Source: Leucoraja erinacea (lineage: Eukaryota). Taken from it: a DNA stretch of 64,000 nucleotides. The notes below the pieces were generated by a model. The model made no database searches, was not told where the DNA came from, and saw only the letters and a list, made by a program, of their open reading frames with translations. Every line of letters begins with the position of its first letter. Within the stretch, counting starts at the first letter, position 1. Both the position numbers and the translations under genes were made by a program. Positions 27,513 to 39,181 of this stretch are shown here, in pieces. The DNA is taken from assembly GCF_028641065.1 (NCBI RefSeq), contig NC_073387.1:15872001-15936000 (forward strand), written 5' to 3'.

Positions 27513-28310
27513 ATATATATATATTTTAATGTCTTAAAGCATTGGACAGGCTAAATGCAGAAAAAAAATGTTCCCATTGTGTGGGAGTCCAGAACCAGGG
27601 GTCAAAGTTTAAGAATAAGGGGTAAGCCATTTAGGGCTGAGATAAGGAAAAACATCTTCACCCAGAGAGTTGTGAATCTGTGGAATTCACTGCCACAAAT
27701 GGGGGCCTCACGAGAGAGAGGGCAATATTGATCAACTTTGGGGAAAAAGGGCAGAACATACGATTGAGTTCTCAGTGGCAATACACTTTGCAAGAAGTGA
27801 AAATTCTTCGATTTAATTAAAAATGTTGATGGTTTTGCAAAAGTTGATTGGAGAAGGTTGTCTGCAGGCAAAGTGACTCCTGGCAAGTGGGAGGTTTATA
27901 AAAGTGAGTTAGTGATAGTGTCAAGGTCTGCAGGTTGCTGTTAGAGTGAAGAGCAAGGCAGGACTTGAGTGAAGAGCAAGGCAGGAATGCGTATGAAACC
28001 CTGGATGACAAGACATATTGGGCCTCTGGTCGGAAATAAAGAGGCAAGGTCAGGTCATGTGCAAGCAAATGGGATCGAGTGAATTGGTAGAAGAATATAG
28101 GTTTACAAGAAGGAAGTCAGGAGGGCAACAAGACATCTTGAGAAAGCTTCGGTAGAGAAGATTAAGGAGAAGTCAAATTGATTATTAGTATTTAAAAGGG
28201 TGTGATGATAGATTATCCCCAAGTGCCGCTCTGATCCTTGTTACTAGCAAACAGGCCGGGGGCCTGTCAAATAACATCATCACTCTGGACAGAGTTCCGG
28301 ACTATCCCAG

Positions 28311-29212
28311 CTCAAGTTTGCGGATGACACAAAGCTGAGTGGCAGTGTGAACTGTGAAGATGATATTAGGAGGTTGCAGGGTGACCTGGACAGTTTGAGT
28401 GAGTGGGCAGATGCGTGGCAGATGCAGTATAATATAGATAAATGTGAGATTATCCACTTTGGTGGCAAAAACAAGGGAGCAGATTATTATCTCAATGGGG
28501 TTAGGTTAGGTAAGGGGGAGGTACAGCGAGACCTCAGTCTCCTTGTACACTGGTCACTGAAAGTTGGCGTGCAGGTACAGCAGGCAGTGAAGAAAGCTAA
28601 TGGAATGTTGGCCTTCATAACAAGAGGATTTCAGTATAGTAGAGAGGCTCTTCTGCAGTTGTATAGGGCTCCAGTAAGACCACATCTGGTCTCCTAATTT
28701 GAGGAAGGACATCTTTGTGATTAAAGCAGTGCAGCCTAGGTTCACAAGATTGATCCCTGGGATGGCGGGACTGTCATATGAGGATTGATTGAAAAGACTA
28801 GTTTGTGTTCACTAGAGTTTAGAAGAATGAGGGGGAATCTCATTGAAACATATAAAAATATAAAATGACTGGACAAGCTAGATGCAGGAAAAATGTTCCC
28901 AATGTTGTGCGAGTCCAGAACCAGGGGCCACAGTCTTAGAATAAAGGGGAGGCCATTTAAGACTGAGGTGAGAAAAAACGTTTTCACCCAGAGAGTTGTG
29001 AATTTATGGAATTCCCTGCCACAGAGGGCAGTGGAGGCCAAATCACTGGATGGATTTAAGAGAGTTAGATAGAGCTCTAGGGGCTAGTGGAATCAATGGA
29101 TATGGGGAGAAGGCAGGCGCGGGTTATTGATTGGGGCCGATCAGCCATGATCACAATGAATGGCGGTGCTGGCTCGAAGGGCCAAATGGCCTCCTCCTGT
29201 CTCTATGTTTCT
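28311..29212 (+). mobile_element. CR1 LINE 3' portion (another small fragment at about 27525-27705)
   Basis: [24 protein letters not shown]; tail at 29200-29212. Confidence 0.9.
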
Positions 29213-32200
29213 AATCTCCCGGGATGGAATGAAACCTCCCGCAGACTCCCAAGAGCGGTCCGGAAGGTGAATCTCTCTGTCAGTCTGCAGGAGGTGGTGC
29301 AGGTCGAGGCTGGTGACAGAAGCAGCCCAGAGGATGCCTGCGCAGGGCCAGATCTGGACACGTTGGCAGCTCAAGCGCGTCAGGTCTTCCTGTCCCTTCA
29401 TTCCCATTATTCCCACCATCCCTCTCCCATTCACACCCATTGATTCCCTGCCCTTCCCTCTTCCCCGGGTCCTGCTTCTAGCTACTGCTGATCCGAAGCC
29501 TGAGTCTGCAGCAGCTGGAATCACTTCAAACAGCAGCGTGACTCAGAGAGAAGGGTCAGTGAGGGGAGGGGGGACGGATTGTTGTTCAGTGCTGATGTGT
29601 GCACCGGGATCCCCAGTGTGAGTGTGAGCAGCAAGTGCTGGTGGTTGTCATGGTGACTACACTTTCTATCTGACACTTTGACGTGAGTCCTGTATCAATA
29701 TCTCAGTCTCAGATACTGGAGCATTGATGGCAAGTTAAAGTGAGAAAATACTTTACTGAACAATAGTTACAGAACATCATTACCCCTCCTGTGCTGTGTG
29801 TGTGTCACACAAAGACAAGCAGGCAGCTGCTCCACAGAGAGACTTTCTGGAAACTTCTCTCTGACCATTCAGCATTTTATGCATGAGAGCAGTTGGTCAC
29901 TGTCCACAGTTCTTCACAGGCTGCACATTAGACATTGCAAGAAGCACCGATGATACAAATGTCTACTTAATATCTAATGGGAGGTGTGCACACTTACTCC
30001 ATTCTACAGTAAAACCTGCGTTACTTGTGTGAACAATGTTTCCGTATTCCTGCACTTCACACACATACTTCCCATCCTCCACTGTAACATGTCGAACCAT
30101 CAGATAGACCATGTTATTCAGGTGGATCTGATCAGTGTTGCTCGTGTTCTGCTGGGATGAGTTCATTGGTCTCCAATGAAGACTGACTGTATCTGAGAGT
30201 CTGGAGATGGTGCAGCTGAGTGTGACGTTATTCCCCAGCAGAGGGCGCTGTGGACTTGCATCAACTGTGAAAAACAGATATAACCATAGAACTATATAAC
30301 CATATAACAATTACAGCACGGAAACAGGCCATCTCGCCCCTACAAGTCCGTGCCGAACAACTTGTTTCCCTTAGTCCCACCTGCCTGCACTCATACCATA
30401 ACCCTCCATTCCCTTCTCATCCATATGCCTATCCAATTTATTTTTAAATGATACCAACGAACCTGCCTCCACCACTTCCACTGGAAGCTCATTCCACACC
30501 GCTACCACTCTCTGAGTAAAGAGGTTCCCCCTCATGTTACCCCTAAACTTCTGTCCCTTAATTCTGAAGTCATGTCCTCTTGTTTGAATCTTCCCTATTC
30601 TCAAAGGGAAAAGCTGGTCCACAATGTGATTCAGAGTGAGTAGTGGTGTGTACAAGTCAAGTCAAGTCAAGAGAGTTTATTGTCATATGTCCCAGATAGG
30701 AGAATTAAATTCTTGCTTGCTGCAGCACAACAGAGTATTGTAGGCATAAATACAGAACACGTCAGTATGTCCATATACTATAGAATATATGTACACATAC
30801 ACACACATAAATAAACAGATAAAGTGCAATAGGCTGTTATAGTTCAGAGTTTGTTTGAAGTTGTGTTTAATAGTCTGATGGCTGTGGGCAAGTAGTTGTT
30901 CCTGAACCTGGATGTTGCAGAACCTGGATGTTGCAGCGGAGAGATGAGTATGTGGCCAGGATGGTGTGGGTCCTTGATGATGCTGGCAGCCTTTTTGAGT
31001 CAGCGACTACGATAGATCCCCTCGATGGTAGGGAGGTCAGACACGATGATGGACTGGGCAGTGTTCACAACTTTTTGCAGCCTTTTCCTGCTCCTGGAAG
31101 TTCAAGTTGCCGAACCAAGCAACGATGCAACCGGTCAGCATGCTCTCTACTGTTGAAAATGTCCGTAAAATCTACAGCCAGTTGGTCCGCACAGGTTTTT
31201 AAAACATGCCCGGGTATACCATCAGGTCCAGGCGCTTTCCGAGGGTTCACCCCTCTGAAGGATATTCTGACGTTGGCCTCTGTGACTGTGACCAAAATAC
31301 CAGCACGGCAAATGGGGGCTCGGGAAGGCGCATCAGTGTTCTCCCTATCAAAGCATGCGTAAAATGCATTGAGCTCGTCAGGGAGTGATGATTCACTGAC
31401 ATTTGAGTTGCTTCCTGATTTTGCCTTGTAAGAGGTGATTGCATTCAAGCCCTGTCACAGTTGACCTGTCACGCCCTGTCATCTGTCTCATCCTCCAGCT
31501 TGGAGCAGAAGTCCCTTTTGGCCTTTTTGATGGCCATACCAAGGTCGTATCTGGACTTCTTGTAGACCTCTGCATCTCCAGACCTGAATGCCTGGGATCT
31601 AGACTTCAGAAGAGTGCGGATCTCATGGTTCATCTAATAACCGGGCTTAAAGCTGACAGCCTGGCTGAAAGTTAGAACAACTTCTCCCCCAGTGCTCTCA
31701 GACTCCTGACACGCGTGGTTGGTCACATTGACGCAGTGAAATGCCGGCTGTTCACCGTGGGGCAGCTGTTGGAACCGGCAACATTCAGGCGTTGTTGTAT
31801 TTACACATGCTCTGTTTCAAATATTCACAAACCCCGGAGTCATCCCGGAGCCACTGCACAGAGACATTGGTTTCATTCCACCTTGCCACGATCACCTTAC
31901 TGTGTGCCGACGAGAAGACCATGGTATAAGTAAGTCAGTAAGTAAGTAAGTAAGTTTATTGTTCAAGTATTCACATACAAGGAATTTGCCTTGGTGCTCC
32001 ACCCACAAGTAACAACATGACATAGTGACAGTTACGAATGACTCAGAAAACACTAAACATTAATAATAATAAAACATTAATGTTAAAACACCATTGATTA
32101 AGCATGTGAACCAGCAAAATACCAGATCAAAGGGAGGCTACAGATTTTTGGTTGTTGAGTAGAGCAACTACTCGTGGATAAATACTGTTTTTATGTCTGG

Positions 32201-32570
32201 CTGTGGCAGCTTTGACAATCCAGAGTCGCCATCCAGAGGGAAGTGATTCAAAGAGTTTGTGAGGGGTCAGAGATGATCTTGCCCGCCCGCTTCCTTGCCC
32301 TTGCAGTGTACAGTTCATCAATGGAGGGAAGATTGCAGCCAATAACCTTCTCTGCTGATCGGATGATTCGCTGCAGCCTCCAGGTGTCGTGCTTGGTGAC
32401 TGAGCCAAACCAGTCCATGATGGAGAAGGTGAGAACAGGCTCTATGATGGCCGTGTAAAATTGGACCATCATCGTCTGTGGCAGATTGTGCTTCCTCATC
32501 TGCTGTAGGAAGTACATCCTCTGTTGTGCCTTTTTGACTGTGGAGTCGATGGTAGTCCCCCACTTAAGAG
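28724..32570 (+). repeat. Segmental duplicate of 4638-8013 plus 9481-9950
   Basis: Near-identical colinear sequence at an offset of about 24.08 kb; paired ORFs in the track differ by few residues. Confidence 0.95.
29998..30264 (-). CDS. Gene B C2 domain exon (paralogue of gene A D2)
   Basis: gtttttcacag acceptor, A|gtaagt donor, 267-nt open frame VDASPQRPLLGNNVTLSC..LHW..GKYVC..FTVEW. Confidence 0.8.
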
Positions 32571-33122
32571 CCTTGGAGATGATGGTTCCCAGGAACTAAA
32601 AAGACTCCACAGATGTGACTGTGGTGTTGTTGATGGTGAGCGGGGTGAGGGGAGGGGGAGGTCTCCTAAAGTGTACAATCAATTCCACTGTCTTAAGAGC
32701 ATTGAGCTCTAGGTTGTTGTGATGGCACCAGGATGCCAGTTGTGGAATTTCCTGTCTGTAGACAGATTCCTCCCCATGCTGGGTCAGTCCAATCAGGGTT
32801 GTGTCATCCGCAAACTTGAGAAGCTTGACAGAGGTATCTGTGGAGGTGCAGTTGTTGGTGTAGAGAGAGTAGAGGAGAGAGTACGCAGCCTTGAGGTGCT
32901 CCTATGCTGAGCGTTTGCATGTCAGGGTGAAGTCATCAAACTATTTTCACTCCTGCTGATCATTACAGAATCAATGAAAAAACACTTCCCCAGTTGTTTT
33001 ACTGTGAGATTCTCTTCTAACCGGGTGGAATAAGTCTTTTAATTCCTGCCATCTCTCATCATTATGTGACAATATTTACAGAGATAAATTAAACATTATT
33101 GATCCTTATTGCACCCATTCAC

Positions 33123-33458
33123 CTTTGATCCCAAATATTTCATATTGTTTCAGGATTTCCTTTCTCGGTTCTGTTTGAGCCAAAGTGAAAAATATGCCCA
33201 TTTAAATGTGGGTTTATAAATTGCCAGATCAAGGGTAAAGGGATTAACATTCACTTCCAGGTACAAGTCCACGTTACTCTCGCCAGCGGCCTTCTCTATG
33301 ATCCAATAGCCCCTCATTCTTCTAAAAGTCATTAATTTTTCGATTTTCCTGAGTGTGGTTTCCATTCCCAGACAACAACAGTGTCTTTCTCAGGATTGTC
33401 CGGTCCGTTTAACACAATGTCGTCTCTATTATCCAAGAAATACGTTCGACTTCTATTC
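33123..33458 (-). pseudogene. Gene B V-like domain 1 exon (frameshifted as assembled)
   Basis: Reads RSRTYFLDNRDDIVLNGPDNPEKDTVVVWEWKPHSG / IEKLMTFRR..KPTFKWA / FFTLAQTEPRKEILKQYEIFGIK with ag and gt ends. About three single-base deletions relative to gene A D1. Confidence 0.75.
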
Positions 33459-33942
33459 CTGTTACAAATACGAACAATGAAGTATTAACATTTAAAACAC
33501 ATTTTCCCCACCCCATTTTAAACTTAATTTAATTCCAGACAGTTTGATCTTCTTTGGAAACCCCAGCGAGGAAGACACGGTTTGTGAAGAGATGTCTGTC
33601 TGGAATAACTTGGCTTGGAGGAGTTGGTGGAGGATGGTGTGAACAACCGTGTCAAAGGCTGCAGAGGCTGAGCGGGATGGGGAGGGAGAGTTTAACTCTG
33701 CAACAAGCTCACAGGAGGCCATTTCTGACATGATAAGGACCGTTTCAGTGCAGGAGAAGGAGAGGGAGCTGATGGGAGGGGCTCAGAAATGAAGCTCCAG
33801 CAAGGAATGGCGTGGATTTGTGAGGCAGCAGCACATTCAGGGACGTGGAGAGGAAAGCGAGATTGACAATGGGGTGCGGGTTTACACGGACAATGATAAC
33901 GTAATGCAAGGTGATTGTAACCGGCGAAGAGAAAGCACTTAC

Positions 33943-34029
33943 TCTGTGTGGAAACAGCTCGAAGCAGGAATACAAAGAAACCGAACATCAAACCAACTGG
34001 CAAATGCTGCAGAGAAAACTAGGCCTCAT
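33943..34029 (-). pseudogene. Gene B leader exon (paralogue of 46491-46578; 1-nt deletion)
   Basis: MRPSFLCS/..PVGLMFGFFVFLLRAVSTQ with A|gtaagt donor; 87 nt vs 88 in gene A. An internal ATG (MFGFFV..) is in frame with the donor. Confidence 0.7.
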
Positions 34030-34983
34030 TTTGTGCATTATCTGTTTAGAAATAATGTGCAGTTTTAGACTAGGGATCAGTAAATTGGTAGTTGGCAAAT
34101 GTTGTATTGAGTTCAGCCAATTTGAAACTCCTGACCCAGGGCAGTTTAGAATTGGCCGCACACAATTACACGGGGAAAATACATTCGCTTGGTGTACTCT
34201 GTCGCTGGAATATTGTTACTTCTGTAATCTGGGATTTCACGACCATATTCAACTGCTATCGGTTGATTAATTAATTGAGCCTGGAACAGAACGGCGAGGA
34301 CGTTGAACATCCTCAAACAGTCCCAGAGGATTGCCGGAGAAATGGGAAAAATAAAATCCTCATTGGCATGGAGACATTAGATTGACCAGGCAACAAATAG
34401 GAAAGCCCAAAGGGGTAAAATGGCAGATGCTGGTTATTTAGCTTCATTAAGTTTCTAGTGGAAACAATGGAACCAAAAATACATTGATAACGTTTTGTGT
34501 TGGAAGGAACTGCAGATGCTGCATTATACCGAATATAGACACAAAAGTAACTCAGCGGGAGTAACTTGGCGGGACAGGCAGCATCTCTGGGAAGAAGGAA
34601 TTGGTGACGTTTCGGGTCGAAGAAGTCTGGGTCTGAAGAAGTGACTTGACCCGAAACGTCATCCATTCTTTCTCTCCATAGATGCTGCCTGTCCCGCTGA
34701 GTTACTCCTGCATTTTGTGTCTCTCTTCATTATTAATTAAGTTTCTATGACTGTGTAAAATCTAAAGCATAACAGACTGTAACAGTTGTAGGAGTGAAAT
34801 ATCACACGTTAGAAATTATTTAACACGGAGTTCCGTTTCTAGCTCCCTGTTTAAACCACTCCTTTACCTGTAGTGAGACTGCAGTGAGGTCGCCTGCTTT
34901 GTGGGAAGAGACTGGTGAACGAGTCCAGAGACTGTGCAGCAAAGCTCTAAGCATGGCGACACACTGAGTTCCCCAATCTCAAA

Positions 34984-35300
34984 CCCCTTTCCCACGGTAC
35001 GAGTTCATTCCAAGCGCTCTCCCGAGTTTAAAAAAATCAAATTTGTGGTAAGCACGGAGAATGAACGTAGCGGGTTCGTCGGAGCTCGGGGAAGTCTCTA
35101 AGCGCTAACGGCAGGTAAGCTCGGGAAGACTCGCTAACGGCAGGTAAGCACGGGAAGACTCGTGAAGATTTTTCAACATGATGAAAAATGTCCACGCGAC
35201 CCCGAGTACCGAAGAGTGGCCATTACCGTAAATCTCCAAGTTCGAATCAGGGCAAACTCGGGAGAATTCTTGGAATGAACTCGTACCGTGGGACAGGGCT
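34984..35300. mobile_element. MITE with long TIRs (second copy at 59882-60190)
   Basis: ccct(t/g)tcccacggtacgagttcattccaag ... ttggaatgaactcgtaccgtgggacaggg; Harbinger-like ends. Confidence 0.8.
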
Positions 35301-38300
35301 ATCACTCTGCCCAATAACTAACACACTAACACAATAACTAACTTATGAAACTACAGGACCTTACTCTTTCTCTGCTGCTCAGGGTTCAGACATCACTTCT
35401 GTTGAAAGCATTTGCGTCAGAGTAAAAACCATCTTATAAAACCTTATATCGGCAAAGCAAAATGGGAATTTACTGAGCTCAAACATGCATTGGATGCGTT
35501 GACACATGGAACCTCGTTTTTCTAAAGGTTATTGGAGGATAACAAATGTCAACGGCAATGGGAAGTGAAAGAATCTATTGTTTTGTAATGATGATTACAT
35601 GTCATTTTTTTTGCATCTTTAGTGAGGTTCTGATTGAGTTTGGTTTTGAGATACAACATGGAAACAAGTCCTTCAACCCTCCGTCCACGCCGACCACTGA
35701 TCACCCGTTCACGCTAGTTCTGTTATCTCACTTTCCCGTCCACTCCTTACACACTCCAGGCAATTTATGGAGGTCAAGTAACCTACAACCCGCTCATTCG
35801 TGGGATGTGGTAAGAAACCAGAGCACCCGAAGGAATTCCACGTGGCCACAGGGAGCGTGCTATCTCCACCCAGAGAGCACCCGAGGCCAGGATTGAACCC
35901 TGGTCTCCGGCACTGTGAGGCAGCAGCTCTAACATCTGTTCCACTGTGATTTGGATGGTTTGGCAGTTTACAACAATGTAAGTTTTGGATTGGGGAGAAC
36001 ACAAACGAGCAGATGTGATAATAAAAATGCTGTATTTTCTCAGTTATTCCAACATTGAGTGTAATTATCTCCTGCGTTTCACACAAGGTAAACCCACCAG
36101 CCACCATTCTCATTTCCATCCATTTTCTTCTGCAACTTTCAGTGTTCTCCAAATCAAACCGTACAGTTTGCACCAAGACCTTCACAACCTCTGGGAATAA
36201 ATCCTGTCCCTTCCAGTTCAATTCAGTTTAGTTCAGTGGCACGTATCTGAGGTAAAGAAAAAAGCTTTCGCTGAGTGCTAACCAGCCTGGGGAAAGACAA
36301 TTATAATTAATGCTATTCACAACTAAAGTTAGAATTGTTTCTTGTAACACATGTTCAAGTGAATGACTGTGTGAGGCTTGAAATGTCTATGATAATAGCC
36401 AATCACAGAATCTGTTGTTTTGTAATTAAGTGAACGGTCAACATTCTTGCCTGTTCATGCTGTAGCTGGTCCGATAGTTCAAACCTATATTCAATTGCAT
36501 CAGATCGTGGTGGAGGTTGGACTTAGGAGGTCACCAATGAGCTGCATGTGATAATCAAGCTACTACATTTTTTCACAATAAGTTCAATATTGAGAGGCAT
36601 TTTCTCCTGAGTTCTCAATTTCACTCAATGTAGAACCTCCAGCAAACATTTTCACAATCACAAATTTTTCCCTATGTCATTTGGTGTTCTCCAAGCCTAA
36701 GCTCACAGAGTAGGACCAAGATCTCCACAGCTGAGAGATATAGACACGAGAGATACATTGGGTTCCAGGTGTACACTGGCCCTATCCCCGGACTCTATCC
36801 CCATTACATTGATGACTGCATCGGTGCTAGAAAATATATCTACAATATGCAAGCACAATCCATGCCCATGGCCCAGAATTGCTTGGTCAAATTAGCGGAG
36901 TGGCACAAGTTGACCCAGTTAATCACCATCATAACTTGGAAATACATTGCTGGTCCTTCGTTATTTGTGGGGCCTACTCCTATCATTTACATCATTTACT
37001 AAACACCTCAGTGGTGAAATAAGGATGTACCCATCCTCATGGGTTAAAAATGGAAGCCTGAGCACTGAGGCCCACATCCAAAAACATTGATTTATAAGCA
37101 AAAATGTTGGAGGGAATCACAAGTGCAGCTCATCATCTGCTCAGGAGTTAGTGTCGTCCTAATCGTGACAATAAATCTAATTAATCCGGGTTAACAACTC
37201 ATTTCCCCCATATTGTGTGAATTCTGCAGAGAAATACAATTCATTTTTATTGCTGCTTCACCCTCTGTTTTGATATTTTTCCCCCAGCTCCTGAATCTTT
37301 CTCTTCGTAATTCATCTCATCTCCCCCTCCAACCCACACTGTCCGTCAAACTCACATTTTAAACACTGGGATTACCCCCTGTCTTATCTAGTGCAAATGT
37401 ATCTGTGGGGCACTTGCTGAGTTTTGCAGCAGAGTTTTGCAGATAGTTGTTCGGCACGGACTTGTAGGGCCGAGATGGCCTGTTTCCGTGCTGTAATTGT
37501 TATATGGTTATATGGTTATAAGTGTAAACAGGGCTTAACACAGATCCTTCCTCTTTTACGCTGATGCTATCTTCAGAAACAACTTCTCTATTTCCCCTTT
37601 ATATTTTCAGAAAAAGTAATTCCATATAATTTTATTTATGTCGTTTTTAAAAATACTTTGAGAACAGATCATGGGGCATGTGTGCTGAGGATGCATTTAT
37701 TATAAGGATAGTAACTAACAGACAGAGCAGCTCAAGTGTCATTGTCGGTGATTGGGATAAATTGTGGCAGATAATTAATATTTTATCATCCATCGCTAAC
37801 TGCCTTGGAAAAGGTGATGGTGAGTTGCCTTCTTGATGTTCTACAATCCTTTTGTTGAAGGTGCTCCCACACAGTGTCCCCAATCCTCTCTGGAAATGGT
37901 TCAGTTTGTCCCAATGGGTGTGATGGAATCGCCAGCATGTTAATGAACACAACCCCTTATGGATGTGGCAGTGTGAGTTTTTCATCACTGTGGCAGGACC
38001 TTCCTGGACTGCTTGTACTCTCTCTCAGCTGCTCATTACTTCACACACCCAGCAGAATGCAGCAAAGCACCTGGAGCTCTCCCATTAGAAATCCATCAGA
38101 TATGATCAAAACCACATGTGCGTTCAATTCCAGGTGTGAAATCTCTTTGATCTCAAAACATTCCCATTTTGAGCATCCCTATCTTTATTCGTTGTATAAT
38201 TCTATATTTTAACCCATTTTGGATCAACACCAGTGGTGCAGGAAACCTGAGCAGGCGGGGGAGTGCCATTTAGTTTGACAAGAGGCAGCGTCAGTTACTA

Positions 38301-39181
38301 TGCAGAGTGAGGGAACCTCAGCTTGTCCTGTGCTGGGCTCAAAGCCACGTTGCTGCTTCTCTGGAATTCAACACAAGTCCCCCTGCAGAAGGTCAGTAAA
38401 CTTCAGACATTATTCTTCATTGCTTTAAAGTGGTTTAATTGGACAGGATTAAATGATTGAAAATGGAGTTTGCAAAATTGATGTACTTCTTCAAATTTTA
38501 TTTTTAAATGTCTTCTCCATTTGCATTGTTGGTGTTAACCAAAAATTGTGTTGTTTTCATATTTTTGCTACTTCCTACTGATTAAAAATTAAAATAGCCG
38601 TGTTTCAACTAAATGATTGCTCTTTATTCTTTTCGACATATTACATTTCCTGTTTGATACCTGCTGGATGAAAATATTTCAATTTCCAACCTGGTTTGGT
38701 GTTTCCGGGTTCCAAAACAGTGTTTGGATATTTAACAATAATTTATGCGATAAGACAATGTCTTTTTGAATTTATGTAAGCGAAATCATGGCAAACAAAT
38801 CTATTGGAGATCATTGTGATGTACCATGTAGAATAGATAAGGGAGAAGATGTGGCGACCGAAGAGTTTGCAGATGCTGGAAACACGAGCAAAGAGCAAAC
38901 TGCTGGAGGGAATTTGTGGATCAGGAATCATCTGTGGAAGTAAATGGACAGATGATCATTCGCAAATAAAGAAGGGCCACGATACAGGGTCACCTGCACA
39001 TTTTCCTCGATGAACGCTGCCTGACCCACTGAATCCGCCCAGCAAATAGTTTTTGTTTGTTTCAGGGAGAACAAGTGGATGTGTTGAATTTTCGGAAGGT
39101 CTTTGAATGTTAAAATATGTGCATTAGGCAACGGGTTTGAATTGAAATGTATTTGGCAGACAGGAAACAGAGAGGAGACGT

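Noticed and set aside
34868-34954. MLRALLHSLW.. ATG-to-donor segment as the gene B signal peptide
   Set aside because: It is phase 0 with a weak hydrophobic core, and a true leader homologue exists at 33943-34029. At most a 5' UTR exon.
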